A stretch of 62,336 nt of DNA, counting the filler, from Diploschistes diacapsis (taxonomy: Eukaryota): assembly GCA_023645945.1 (NCBI GenBank). It is 17 parts of 17 records of this genome, joined end to end, with 100 filler letters (N's around TTAATTAATTAA, not from the genome) between each part and the next. Parts side by side here need not be neighbours in the genome. Positions count along the whole stretch, not along the records: positions 21,224 to 45,995 come from JALAIB010000230.1; positions 46,096 to 48,336 come from JALAIB010002300.1; 15 more parts are not named here. The stretch is one strand, 5' to 3'. Shown one piece after another: positions 35,956-48,436 of the stretch. The number at the start of each line of letters is the position of its first letter. Positions within the stretch are counted from its first letter, which is position 1. A model generated the notes under the pieces. It saw only the letters and a program-made list of their open reading frames with translations, was not told where the DNA came from and ran no database searches. The position numbers and the translations under genes are program-made.

Positions 35956-38540
35956 ATGAACGGGCACTTTTCGACCCTAGACGAAACTCCTCCTCCGCCT
36001 CCCCCTTCTGATCAGTTCGCGCCCCCACCTCCAAATGATGATGCACCTCCTCCACCGCCCGGAGATGGCCTACCACCTCCCCCACCCGAAAACCTTCCTC
36101 CGCCGCCGCCGGTACCCAAAGCCGCTTCTTTAGGTTCTACTAATGGAGTCAAAGGAAAGACGAAAAAGGGCTGGGGTAATGCCAATACAAGGCAGCCTCT
36201 GAGTGTCGAGGAGCTGTTGCGGAAGAGGAAGGAGGCTGCAGAAGCTGCAGCTAAAGTACGTGTGCCCAAATGTTTACATTCTACAGACGGTTCACCTTTA
36301 TGTACTTTAGATATCCTGTGATGTGTGCTAATGGGTTTTGTACCGCAGCCCAAATTTTTATCCAAAGCTGAACGAGAACGGATAGCCCTTGAGAAACGAG
36401 CGAAAGAAGTCGAGGAGCAGAAACGCAAAGCTGGAGCAAAGAAAAGCGACTTTAAGTTAAGTACGAATGGGACTACCTATGTTTCTGCGAATGGGCTCCA
36501 GAGCCCCGCTCTACTCGCTCCTCGAAGCTCGGGAGCGCTATCAGTGCCTGTAGGGCCCCGAGCTCTGCGTCAAGGAGAGATCCCGACTGGCCCCGCCGCG
36601 ATGCGTGCGAACGGCCTGATCCGTGGTGACATGGCCCCTCCGCCACCACCAAACGCTCCAGGTGCAAATGGAGCAAAGAGCGAAAAGCGAACCCCCTCGG
36701 AGGGCGCTCAAGCAGCTCTGATCAAGGAAAGATATATGGGTGCGGACCAAAACCAATCCACGTTCTCGGCAAAGAAGAAGAGAAAGCGCACTACAGAGAA
36801 GAAGTTCAACTTTGAATGGAATGCCGAGGAGGACACCAGTCCGGATTACAACCCCCTATACCAAGCGCGGGCGGAAGCGAACTTCTACGGCCGGGGGCGC
36901 TTAGGTGGGTTTGGGGATGACCTCGCCGATGATGTTGCGCGGAAGTACCGGAAGGCGCTAGAAGAGCGTGACCACGAAGCCGGCAGTGCCCGAGCTCAAG
37001 AGCTTCTCGAAATGGAGCGGCGAAGAAGAGAAGAAGGCTCCCGCAGCGCCATAGACAAGCATTGGAGCGAAAAGCGGCTGGACCAAATGCGCGAGCGCGA
37101 TTGGCGTATATTCAAAGAGGACTTCAACATCAGCACCAAGGGCGGCTCAATCCCAAACCCAATGCGTTCGTGGCTCGAGTCTGGCCTCCCTAAGCGCCTC
37201 CTTGATGTCGTCGATAAAGTTGGCTACACGGAACCTTCGGCCGTCCAGCGTGCCGCCATCCCTATCGCCCTCCAATCCCGCGACCTTATCGGTGTCGCTG
37301 TCACTGGGTCAGGAAAGACAGCCGCCTTCGTACTTCCGCTCCTGGTCTACATCTCCGATCTCCCTGCCCTCAACGAAATGACCAAAAACGACGGCCCCTA
37401 TGCCCTTATCCTTGCCCCTACCCGCGAATTGGCGCAACAGATTGAAGTTGAGGCCAGAAAATTCGCCACTCCGCTAGGCTTCACCTGCGTCAGTATAGTA
37501 GGTGGCCACTCTCTCGAAGAGCAAGCCTACAACATGCGCGACGGCGCTGAGATCGTCATAGCCACTCCCGGTAGGCTGGTCGACTGTATCGAGCGTCGCG
37601 TCCTCGTGCTCTCGCAGTGCTGCTACATAATTATGGATGAAGCAGACCGCATGATTGATCTCGGGTTCGAGGAGCCCGTGAACCGAATCCTTGACGCGCT
37701 GCCCGTTCAGAACATGAAGCCCGACTCCGACGAGGCCGAAGACGCGCTCGTCATGAGCCAGCCCCTTGGCGGGAAGGACCGCTACAGGCAGACGATGATG
37801 TACACGGCCACCATGCCCGGCGCCGTCGAGCGCATCGCAAGGAAGTACCTGCGTCGTCCGGCCATCGTGACGATCGGCAACGTGGGCGAGGCGGTGGAGA
37901 CGGTCGAGCAGCGCGTCGAGTTCGTGGCCGGCGAAGACAAACGCAAGAGGCGCATGCTCGATATCCTGAGCAGCAGGGAATTCGCGCCGCCGATTATCGT
38001 GTTCGTCAACATCAAGCGGAACTGCGATGCGGTGGCGAGGGATATTAAGCATGCGGGATATACGAGCGTGACGTTGCACGGGAGCAAGACGCAGGAGCAA
38101 AGGGAGGCGGCGCTGGCGAGCGTGCGGAACAAGAGCACGGACGTGTTGGTGGCTACGGACCTTGCGGGTAGGGGTATCGATGTGCAAGACGTTTCGCTAG
38201 TCATCAACTTCAATATGGCGACGAATATCGAGAGCTACACGCATCGTATTGGAAGGACGGGGCGGGCGGGCAAGAGCGGTGTCGCCATCACTTTCCTCGG
38301 GAACGAGGATACTGACGTCATGTATATTCTCCCAAAACTACTTCCTGGGTGAAGATTGATTTCGCTGACACTACTGCCAGGTACGACCTTAAGCAAATGC
38401 TCTCAAAGTCTTCGATATCGAGGGTGCCGGAGGAGTTGAGGAAGCACGAGGCGGCGCAACAGAAGTCGACGAGGGGTGGGGGGCAAAAGAAGATAGAGGA
38501 TAGTGGCGGGTTTGGTGGCAAGGGGGGTGGTGGCTGGTGA
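35956..38540 (+). CDS. PRP28: Pre-mRNA-splicing DEAD-box helicase Prp28
   Basis: KFNFEWNAEEDTS, HWSEKRLDQMRERDWRIFKEDFNI, AVTGSGKT, DEAD and HRIGRTGRAG. Introns 36257-36348 and ~38322-38380. Confidence 0.95.
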
Positions 38541-38567
38541 CCAAGCTTCCTACTTCTGCAGGGAAAA

Positions 38568-39115
38568 TTATCCCAGACCGGACATGCACGAGAACCGAGT
38601 GCGTATCATTATGTGTATGTGAATCAGGCATATGGCTCTCGGACTTCGTCCACCACGACAATGCTCTATTACGACTCCAACTCCTGTACCTCCGTGCTGG
38701 AAGACAGAGCGGTAAAGAGCATTAAAGATTTGCTCCGCACGGTAGGTTCCAAGCGTGCCTTGGCTGGGCAGCCAAGGGGACCGTCCATGCTGTGGCCAGT
38801 CAACAATGTAAACTGGATGGCCCTGCCGGAGGAACCACGACGCCCACGACGCCCAGTCCTTGCGGTTATCGGTTATTGGAGGTATCAAGCCACTCCTAGG
38901 GATGGCGACTTGGTATAGTAGATTTTAAGGAGCTGTTTGAATGCGTCGGAAAGCTGCTCACAGTGCCTGTTTTGCGCTAGACCGTGCAGGAAGACCACTG
39001 GGTCTTTGCTTGTTGCGTTGCCCAGTAACATCAGCTGCTCTACGACATCTGGTCGGCAGAAATGCATGCCGCAGATTTTGGTTGGGCAATGTTAGCCAAA
39101 TAGATGCCATACATA
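38568..39115 (-). pseudogene. Alpha/beta-hydrolase pseudogene fragment
   Basis: DQM[Y]VEQL (1-nt deletion), PVVFLHGLAQ[TGT] (1-nt insertion) and WASWASWFLRQGHPVYIVDWPQHGRSPW. It runs into the PRP28 3' end with no C-terminal half visible. Confidence 0.65.
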
Positions 39116-40021
39116 CAGGTAATGTCCTCTAACATAGAAGAAAATTTGTGAAGCAAGAGCTGCAGGCGAGCTTGAAGCCGCATATGCTCCATAGCTGAAG
39201 CTTGCAACCAAAAAATGAAAGTAGAAAGAGAGATAGATACTTTGCAGTAACATTCAAATGATAACTTAAAAAAAAATTTTGTAACCTGGATTTTCTGATT
39301 AGCTTGTTATGTATGACGCTTGCACTCGTCAAGGGACTGGGACTAGGACTGGGGGCAATGTTCGAGTGACTAAGACTAGGGACTGGATATATTGTAACTC
39401 TCAATAGATTACATTTCAATGATATTAAGCTTGTTCAGATAATTTATATCTACATTGTACAAGCTGAGGCCTCGATCTAAGATTAAAACATGGAAGAAAA
39501 TCCATTCATCATTACAATGTAACCCGCAGGGATTGAACGCACATGCTTGAAGGTGAAGAACGTACCTGCAGTGGGTCCGCTTTCCATTGAACTAATCCGA
39601 CTTATTGGAACGGAACGACTTAAAGAATATTAAACACCTCAACGTGTCCGACGAGTTTTCCCGCCATATTTAAGCGAGACCAGTAATAACTGTATATTAG
39701 TATGTATATCAGCCATGATTGGTTTGCTTGGACCTAGAGGAAAAAAGTTGTCCGGACACGTAAAGGTACCGGATGTTTAACTAAACTTTCCACGCCCTGC
39801 TGAGCTATTAGCTTGATATTTCGAACACAGAGCAGCAAAGTGTTGGGCGCCAAGCTAATAGGTCCACAGGCAAAACGTATCGAGACCTTATACTACGCTA
39901 ATTCGAAATTAGAGGCGATTGACCTCCGATGTGTACGTTGTATCTTTACACTTCAATTTCGGTCTTAACTGCGTTGTGACCGTCTTGATCTCTGACGCAC
40001 CGTGCTCTCCAATTTATCACC

Positions 40022-42332
40022 ATGGCGGATTACAGCTTTGGTGGCACTGATGAAGAAAATGCGGAATTAAAGAAGCTCAATAACGAAGTGGTAAGGCTCT
40101 CCAGATAGACGTGCGAAGGTGCCTATACTAACACTACCGGTGCCTAGCTTGAAGACTCTGACAACTTTGAAAATTGGGAGAAGCTCGTCCGAACCGCCGA
40201 ATCATTGGAAGGAGGTCTCAACCGCAACTCGAACCCACAAGCCATAGCTGCAACTCGCGACATCTACGACCGCTTTCTTGCCAAGTTCCCACTACTCTTT
40301 GGGTATTGGAAAAAGTATGCCGACTTGGAATTCTCCATAGCAGGAACGGAGGCAGCAGAGCTTGTACAGCCCCGCATCACAAGTATTGGAGAGCGGGACT
40401 AATCGCAAGCAGGTGTACGAGCGAGGTGTCGCTAGCATAACGAATTCTGTTGATTTATGGACCAATTACTGCTCCTTCAAAGTCGAAACCAGCCACGATC
40501 CAGAGGTGATCCGAGAGTAAGTAAAGACAGAAGCACTTTCCTTCCCCTTAACACGAGAAGCTACAGCATCACCTGCATTTCCTGAACGCAACGGCTACAA
40601 AGGGCCTTTTCGAAAACTGCTCGGAGATGGTGAGAGGTCACAAACAGTAGCTTGATTTTCATCTCACATATATCAATCAGGCGTCTTCACATCACCCCTT
40701 GTTGCCCACACGACGACGTTCACGTTCACGTTCAGTTCTTTTCTGCGTACGAGATGCACATGATCGACAATTATGGGATATAAGACCTTCATGACCTTCA
40801 TGTTTGATGCCCTCTCCATCCCAGCCTGCACTCCCTTTCCCCCTTCCTTCCCCCTCCCTAAACCGTTACTTACGAAGAATCCTACAGACTGTTCGAGAGA
40901 GGTGCGACGTCTGTTGGCCTTGACTTTCTAGCTCATCCCTTCTGGGACAAGTATCTTGAATTCGAGGAGCGCCTCGAATCCAGCGACCGCATCTTCAGCA
41001 TCCTCGACCGCGTTGTGCATATTCCTATGCATCAATATGCTCGCTACTTTGAGCGCTACCGTCAGTTGGCGCAGTCAAGACCTCTGCCGGAGCTGCTGCC
41101 CGCCGATACGCTCGAACAGTTCCTCTCGGACGTCAAGCGTGATGGATACACTGGAGAAGGTGATATTGAGCGAGAGATGCGTACGCGGATCGATGCCTTC
41201 CACCTCGAGATCTTCCAGAGAACTCAGACGGAGACAATCAAAAGATGGACATACGAGTCCGAGATTAAGCGCCCATACTTTCACGTTACGGAAATCGATG
41301 AGATGCAACTGACGAACTGGCGAAAGTATCTCGACTTCGAAGAAGTTGAGGGAGATTACAACAGGACGACATTCCTGTACGAAAGGTGTCTGGTCACCTG
41401 CGCTCTCTACGATGAATTTTGGCTCCGTTACGCACGATGGATGCTGGCTCAACCGAACAAGGAAGAGGAAGTACGAAACATCTACCAGCGAGCCAGCATG
41501 ATTTACGTACCCATCTCTCGTCCCAAAATCCGCCTGCAGTACGCCTATTTTGAAGAGTCTTGTGAGCGCGTAGAACTGGCCAAGGATATTCACCAGTCAA
41601 TCCTGACCATAGTGCCTGGCAACATTGAGACTATCGTCTCGTTAGCTAACATGTCCCGTCGTCGCGGAGGGCTTGATGCGGCCATTCAAATCTACAAAGA
41701 ACAAATAGACTCCACGGATTGTGACATTTACGCCAAAGCCTGGCTTGTATCCGAATGGGCGCGGCTGCTGTGGAAGATCAAGGGGTCGTCGGAAGAAGCA
41801 CGCCAAGTTTTTCAGAAGAACCAGCATTGGTATCTCGACAGCCGCTCGTTCTGGACCAACTATCTCCAGTTCGAGCTGGAGCAACCCACAAGTGCTGAGA
41901 CGGAGAGTGTGCAGTACCAGCGCATCAAGCAGGTGCACGACGACATCCGAAAGAAGAGTCACCTGCCACCGGACCTCATCAAGGAGCTATCATGCTACTA
42001 CCTCGTCTACCTGCTGGAGCGAGGCACAAAGGAGGCGGCGAAGGAGTACATGGCCATTGATCGCGAGGTCAACGGGTGAGCTACACGTGCCGTCATCGGT
42101 GATCCTACTGCTTACATCTCTCAGACCTTTCTCTGTCCGTACTACCGTCAAGGAGAAACTGGCGGAAGACGGTAAGATTGCCAGCACGGAGCGGCGCATG
42201 GCGCTCGAGAACGGTCACCCTGGCGTTGAGGTGGATGAGGCAGCTATTAGGCGAGGAGAGAACCCCTACACAAAGTATTACCAGCAGCAAGGGGAAAATC
42301 CAGCGGGAAGCGGTACAGTAAGCATGCTGTGA
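40022..42332 (+). CDS. PRP39: U1 snRNP HAT-repeat protein Prp39
   Basis: YDRFLAKFPLLFGYWKKYADLE, LFERGATSVGLDFLAHPFWDKY and IKRPYFHV. Introns 40091-40147, 40364-40412, 40517-40887 and 42076-42124. Confidence 0.93.
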
Positions 42333-42996
42333 TCTACGCTCGAGGAGCGGATGGCGACTGAGGCTCGGGCGACAGGCGATCCGATACCCAGGATAGGGAA
42401 AGTTGGTGGCATCGGACAGGCGCAACGGCCTCTTACTGAATGGTCTACTGAATGGTCGGCCAGCGGGACGAAAGTCCACCAACATTCTTGCAGATACGTT
42501 ACCAGGTACACTGCAGGTATGGGTGGGACCGAATATCTAGAGACCAGTGGAGTCGGGCAATCCAGCGATGTGCCGTGGCAGTTCTCTGGAGTGAAGGACG
42601 GTTGGTGTGTCTCCTCGTCTCGAAGCGTGGTAGGCTGTCTTCGAGTATGTGTCTTTTGCTATGCTTTAGTTGTAAGTAAGCTTGGTGCAGGTCATTCGAA
42701 TGTATCTTTAACCACAATGCAATGTGCATATGTGTTTAATGTCGATGGTGCTTTCAGAAAAGGATGCGATGAGTGAAGGTTTTCGTCTCAACAATCTTCA
42801 GTTGGCTCGTACGTATATCTCTCCGAGATATGGCGCTTTTGCTGCAAGGGACCTGATCCGATCAGTTGCCAAGCATTATCGTTCCATTAGGCTACCGTGA
42901 TATGGGGGGCACCACTGGGTAGCGACACGTACGGATTGCAGTAAGCAGGCATGGCTGCATATGACTAGGTGTCTGTACGAGAGAAAAAGAGAGCAA

Positions 42997-43024
42997 TACC
43001 GTATACCGTATACCGTATACCGTA
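42997..43024. repeat. (TACCGTA)4 tandem repeat
   Basis: Four perfect 7-bp units in an intergenic region. Confidence 0.85.
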
Positions 43025-44405
43025 TAATGTATATTGAAGTACGAGCACAAGCAAGGTTCTTTTTTGAGGCAAGGGCTGCAGGGTGGCAACTGTGGCAGGG
43101 GGGTTCGGACACGGGATCCGCCGTGGTGGAAAAGAGGGGACTAGTGGGTAGACACAAAGACCCAGCTGCTCCCCCGTGGGGACGATCCAGCACCATAATG
43201 GGCAGATTTCGTGCACGTGTATAACGTAGCCTGAGCTCCCACTTCTTGTAAGAGGCATGTGCAGTATTAGGAGGAGGGGGGCAGGCGATATACTGGGAAT
43301 AATTTGCACACCAGACCTTTCTTCCACCACTTTATGCCCATAAAAGAAGCTTTGGTGATGACTCAGATTATAGAACAGACCTAAGCTGGAGGGGGAAGAA
43401 AGATTCGAGCGCTAGTTTGATCGGACTGTTTCTTGGCGAGGGGTGGGAAAACACAGGACTGAGCTACGATTGGCTGGATGCTCCTTGATTTGGTGACACT
43501 AACGGTACTAGCGGCAGCTAGCGGCAGAGCTAGCGGAAGATTATGTCATGGAGCTAAGCCTGAAGAAGCTAAGACTGGGAAAGCAGGTGTGGCCAGTCAG
43601 GCAGCTTGACGCCCCCACAAAGCACGACGGCAAGAAAATCCACTTTCTCCTTTCTCCTTTCTCCTCCCCTCATTGGGCACGACATCAATAACGGCCAGCT
43701 ACGCCAGCGCTGTACGCGCCCACAGCTTGAGGATGAGGATGGACATATACGGTAGGACAGGACACGTGAGTGCTATTCTCCCTCCATCTTTGTTCCTCCT
43801 CTCCTCTCTCGAGTTCTGTCCCCGAAAAGGGCATTCACGGTTTCTTTGATGTCAATGAAGGGATATACGATGGTATGACTCGGCATTGAACTTTACGATC
43901 TCTTGAACGACCCGTTCTCCTGCAAGGCATTTCAACTGTCTTGTCTTCTTGCCACGAACCGTCCAGATATTGGACCCTGGGCGTCTATTTGTGGCATCCC
44001 AAATCCGCCCTTCGCCCTATCACCTTCGGCCACCCCACCCAGCGTCAAGGTCTCGTCCATTCGCGGGTACCATCTTCGCGCCCAGCTCCTAGATATTGAA
44101 ACACCTTTCCCAGTCCTCCCGACATCCCAAACGCTTCACATCTCTTAACGCCATTACCATTCATATATGCGACTTCCTTGCTTGACGTAGGCGCCCTCAC
44201 ATATACCTCCAACGGCTGGACCTTTTTCTCTGTCCTGCGCAGCGACGTCTTTTCTTTCGTTCCATCACTGCATGTCATTCTTTCCTTTGGTCAAGCCCGT
44301 GTACAAGAGCATCAACGACATTATCGAAGCCACGACCGAGAATCTCATACTACATCTCGAGGAATAAACGACAGACGCACAGGCAAGACTCGCGTCAGCG
44401 CCAGA

Positions 44406-45995
44406 ATGTCAAGGGACGCCGGTCAGGCCTCCCACGGAGCAGACGAGAAGAAGGGGCCAGCTGTCAACGTGCGGTCAAGAACGTCCAGCTCCACGTCGTC
44501 GACGCTCTCCCTCAAGGCGCCGAGGACGGCGAGGTTCGCGGAAGCAACCTCGGTCAACTCGCCCATCGAGCCCACCAAGAAGGCACGAAACCCCTTCGCT
44601 GGCCCTCCCATCCTCACGCAGCACTACACTCCACAGCCCCAGGTCTCCGACATCGGTTTCGGCTACATGTCGTCGGACGAGATCAAGCACACGAGCGTGG
44701 AGATGCCCATGACCCCCAAGACTCCCATGCGGAGTGCGCTCAAGGTTCCCGGCACGCCGGGTCGCTTCCTTGACCCGCGGAGTCCGACCTTCAACGAGGA
44801 GGCCGCTCTGGAGAAGCAAGAGCTCAGCACAGAGAAGCGGAATGCCAAAGACTTGGTAGGCCATTCGCCCACTAACCTACAAAGCTCCTCAACTAACATG
44901 GACTACAGGCTCAAAAGAAGCGCGTCCGCATCGCCAAGTTCTTCCTCCGTGGCGTCAACTTCTCCTGTTCCCTCATCGTCCTCTCCATGCTCAGCACAAC
45001 CATGACCATCTTCAACGCCACCAAAACGCTCCCCTCCCGCTCCAACTTTCCTCCCTGGGCCCTCGGCTCGCAAACCTGGCCCCAGATCGTCCTGCTCGTC
45101 GTCTCCTCCGTCTCCCTAGCCATCTGCCTCTTCATCTTCTACTCGTACTGGCGCGGCGGCCACCGCAAGGCCAAGAAAACGGCCATCTACTACACCACCT
45201 TCTCCATCGGCATGTTCCTCTTCTCCACCGTCATGTGGATCTTCGCCGCCGCCATCCTGCACTCGTCGCGCCAGAACGGAAACGGCCAGGACATCTGGGG
45301 CTGGTCCTGCAACAGCGGCCGGCGCGCCACCCTCTTCCAGGACGAGGTCGACTACACCCTCATCTGCCGCCTGCAGAACTGGTCGCTGATCTGCTGCCTG
45401 ATCGAGGTGGTCGTCGAGGCCATCACCATCACCATCTACGGCGTCGTGCTCTGGCGCTTCATCAGCAAGCGCAAGCTGCATAAGAGCATGGACAACCGCG
45501 ACCGCGCCCGCTCCGACCTCTATCTCGCCCAGCTCCGCACCCAGTCCGCCCCCAACACGCCGGGCTTCGCGGCCCGCACCCCCGGCGCTGCCTCGACGAC
45601 CTTCAAGTCCCCGCTCGGCGCTAATTTCCCGCGCCACCTGCACGACCCGGACTCGGACGACGAGCGGGAGCCGGAAGGGAAGGAGGAGGAGGAGGAGGAG
45701 AGCCACAGGATCTATAGCACCGGCGACGCCGCGGAGCGCGAGTACGAGGAGCGCCATGCGCAGTTCTCCATACAGGTGCCCCCGCCGCCAGCGTTCAAGG
45801 TCACCGGTGCCACGCCCGTGGTCGGACAGAGCGAGTTCGATTTCCGCGGCGAGCGTACGGCGGGGAAGGTACAGGAGCACGTCCCTGCCGCCCCGGGGGA
45901 GCAGGTCTACGACGCGGTTCCAATCCCGGGGCAGCATGCGGCGCCCGTGACGAGTCCTGGCTTCGGCGTTGAGGGGGGGATGGGGTTTCCTGGGG
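44406..45995 (+). CDS. Four-TM MARVEL-like membrane protein, HAM-8 (hyphal anastomosis)-like, 3'-truncated
   Basis: TARFAEATSVNSP, LKVPGTP..SPTF, intron 44856-44908, RVRIAKFFLRGVNFSCSL, four hydrophobic segments, DIWGWSC and ARSDLYLAQLRTQSAPNTPG. The family name is recalled from memory, not searched. Confidence 0.75.
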
Positions 45996-46095
45996 NNNNN
46001 NNNNNNNNNNNNNNNNNNNNNNNNNNNNNNNNNNNNNNNTTAATTAATTAANNNNNNNNNNNNNNNNNNNNNNNNNNNNNNNNNNNNNNNNNNNN

Positions 46096-47906
46096 GTCTC
46101 GAACGGCAGCCCCGCCGTCCCATTGTTCCCCCTCGGCTCGACCCCCAAGCTCTCGCACACGACACGATACACCTCGACGTTCTGAAACACGCGGACCCGG
46201 CTGTTCGGCGCGTGCGGGAACGCCGGGCCGCGCGCCACGAAGATCGCGCGCATGAGCGGGTGCTCGTTGTCGTAGCCGTGCAGGCCGCGCGGGCTGTAGC
46301 TTCGCTGCGGATGCGACGCCCGCGCTGCGGCCACGTCGAACTGCGCCTTCTGCACGATCGCCCAGCCGGGGTCCGGGATCAGCCAGAGCGGCGCGATGCG
46401 GTCAGAGGCCGAGAAGTGGAAGCGTGCGGGCATCTCCGCGCGGAGGTAGGTTTTGAAGTGGCCGTGCGCCGCGGCCGCCGCGCGCAGGTTGGAGTGCATT
46501 TCGACGACGGAGAGGTGTGGTTTCGGGCGCAGGCCGTAGAGCGGCCAGCCGTCGATGTGCTCAATGTCGCGCGGGTCGACGAGATCGTCCAGCTGGATGA
46601 GGCGCGAGGTCGAGGTGCTGGCCATGCCGTGGTCCGAGAGGACGATAATGTTGACGATGGAGGTCAGGTTGCGGGCTTCGAGACCCGCGAAGAGGGAGCC
46701 CAGCATCGAGTCGACGGCGCGGATGGTGGTGCGGATGGTGGTGCTGTTGGGACCGTAGCGGTGGCCGTCGGCGTCAACGTTGGGGACGTAGAGGGCTATG
46801 AGCTGTGGTCTGGCTTCTGCGGGGGACGGTCCGGGTCGGGAGGGCGACGAGGCGTCGAATTCGGAGGGGCGGTCGAGGAAGCTTAGCACGCGCGCGACTT
46901 TGCGGGAGAGGAGCTCGGAGCCGTTGAACTTGTCCACGGTCTGGGGCTCAGGCGTGACGCCAGCTTCGGAGCCGGGCCACATGTGGATGGCCGTCCTCAC
47001 GCCTTGTTTCTCGGCGGTCGACCATATAGGCTCGGCGCCGGTGGAAGCCCACCATTTAGCTTGCATACTGCGAGAGGGGTCCGTGTAGTAGAACTCTTCC
47101 CCTAGGGCAGGGTCCCAGAAGGTGTTGCCTACTACGCCGTGTGATTCCGGGTAGAGGCCCGTCACAATGGTCCAGTGGTTCGGGAAGGTAAGCGAGGGGA
47201 AGGAAGGTTTCATGTATTCGGGCGAGACACCCTGATTGATGAAAGACTTCAGACTTGGAGTGAGACCACGGTCGAGGAAGTCGGCCCTGAAGCCGTCTAG
47301 CGAAATGAGGATTGTGGTTGGGGCGAAGAGGGAGGTGCCGTTTGAGCGGAGCGTCCTAGGAGACTTTGGAGGTATGGAGAGGGTCTTGCGGCCGGAAGCT
47401 CTGTAGGCGCCTGTTGTTAGTAGGGCGAATAGTACGAGCAGTACAAGGGGTATGAGGAGAAAGTGGAAGAGCCTTCTACGGCGGAACTGCCTCAGTCAGT
47501 TAGGTTATCCCATGTATCTGGTGGTCGCGTATACCCATCGCGTGTGCGGTCTTTGCAGGAAATGCTCGGTAGAAGAATTCGATGAGATCGATGAGATATC
47601 GTCGTAGCCTTCACTATCCTCGCCTAACGATTCTATGCCCTCCATCTCGTACATTAGATCTTCATCTCCATCTTCATCTTTCTTCCTTCTCTTGGATCTC
47701 CTCTCCTTCCGTCGCTGTCTCCTAGTCTCTTTCCGCGTTAACGTGCGAGGCGCATTAGGATCTTCACTCTTTGGGAGAAGCTTCTTGACGGAGGATATTC
47801 GGGTTGTCAATAACCGCTCGCGATCCTCCTCTTCCTGAAGGATGTCCTCGTCCGAAGGTTGCAGTGTTCGCTCATCGTCTGATTGAGAACGGCGTGTAGG
47901 AGGCAT
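46096..47906 (-). CDS. NPP1: Type I phosphodiesterase/nucleotide pyrophosphatase, 3'-truncated
   Basis: Acidic N-terminus, one intron and a TM segment. Motifs ISLDGFRADFL, PSFPSLTFPNHWTIVTG, SDHGM and GLHGYDN. Confidence 0.9.
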
Positions 47907-48436
47907 GATGGCTCAGCTTTGAATATAATTCTCCCTACTGTATGTTATCACAATGCATAGTTAAGAACAGTTTTATTCGAAGGAAAGGTGACGTTTCAGG
48001 ATTCTTCATCTCAGGATGCATTCCTTTGAAGGCTGGTTGACCGAGCTAATCAACATGTCGTCACTAATTCAGCGCCTGTGGAAAACCCACAGGCAGGATC
48101 TTGCGCTCCAATTTCCATCCAGTTATATATAACCTTCGTTTTCACCTTTCCTCAATATGCATCTCAACACTTCAGTCTGTCTTTGGTGAATTCCAGACTG
48201 CAGATCGTTGTAGAGTCGTGACCCTAGTACTCGAGCAGACCCTAGTTACCGAGCACGTGATATAATAACAAAACTACAATAGTAAATATTTAAAATGAAA
48301 TATCTTTTAAAGTGATTAATTTGAAGTCCTATAGATNNNNNNNNNNNNNNNNNNNNNNNNNNNNNNNNNNNNNNNNNNNNTTAATTAATTAANNNNNNNN
48401 NNNNNNNNNNNNNNNNNNNNNNNNNNNNNNNNNNNN

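Noticed and set aside
40740..40820. Box C/D snoRNA in PRP39 intron 3
   Set aside because: No clean RTGATGA...CTGA pair is visible. It cannot be supported without a covariance-model search.
44406..47906. HAM-8-like and NPP1 genes as a convergent pair
   Set aside because: They are separated by a linker and lie on different contigs.
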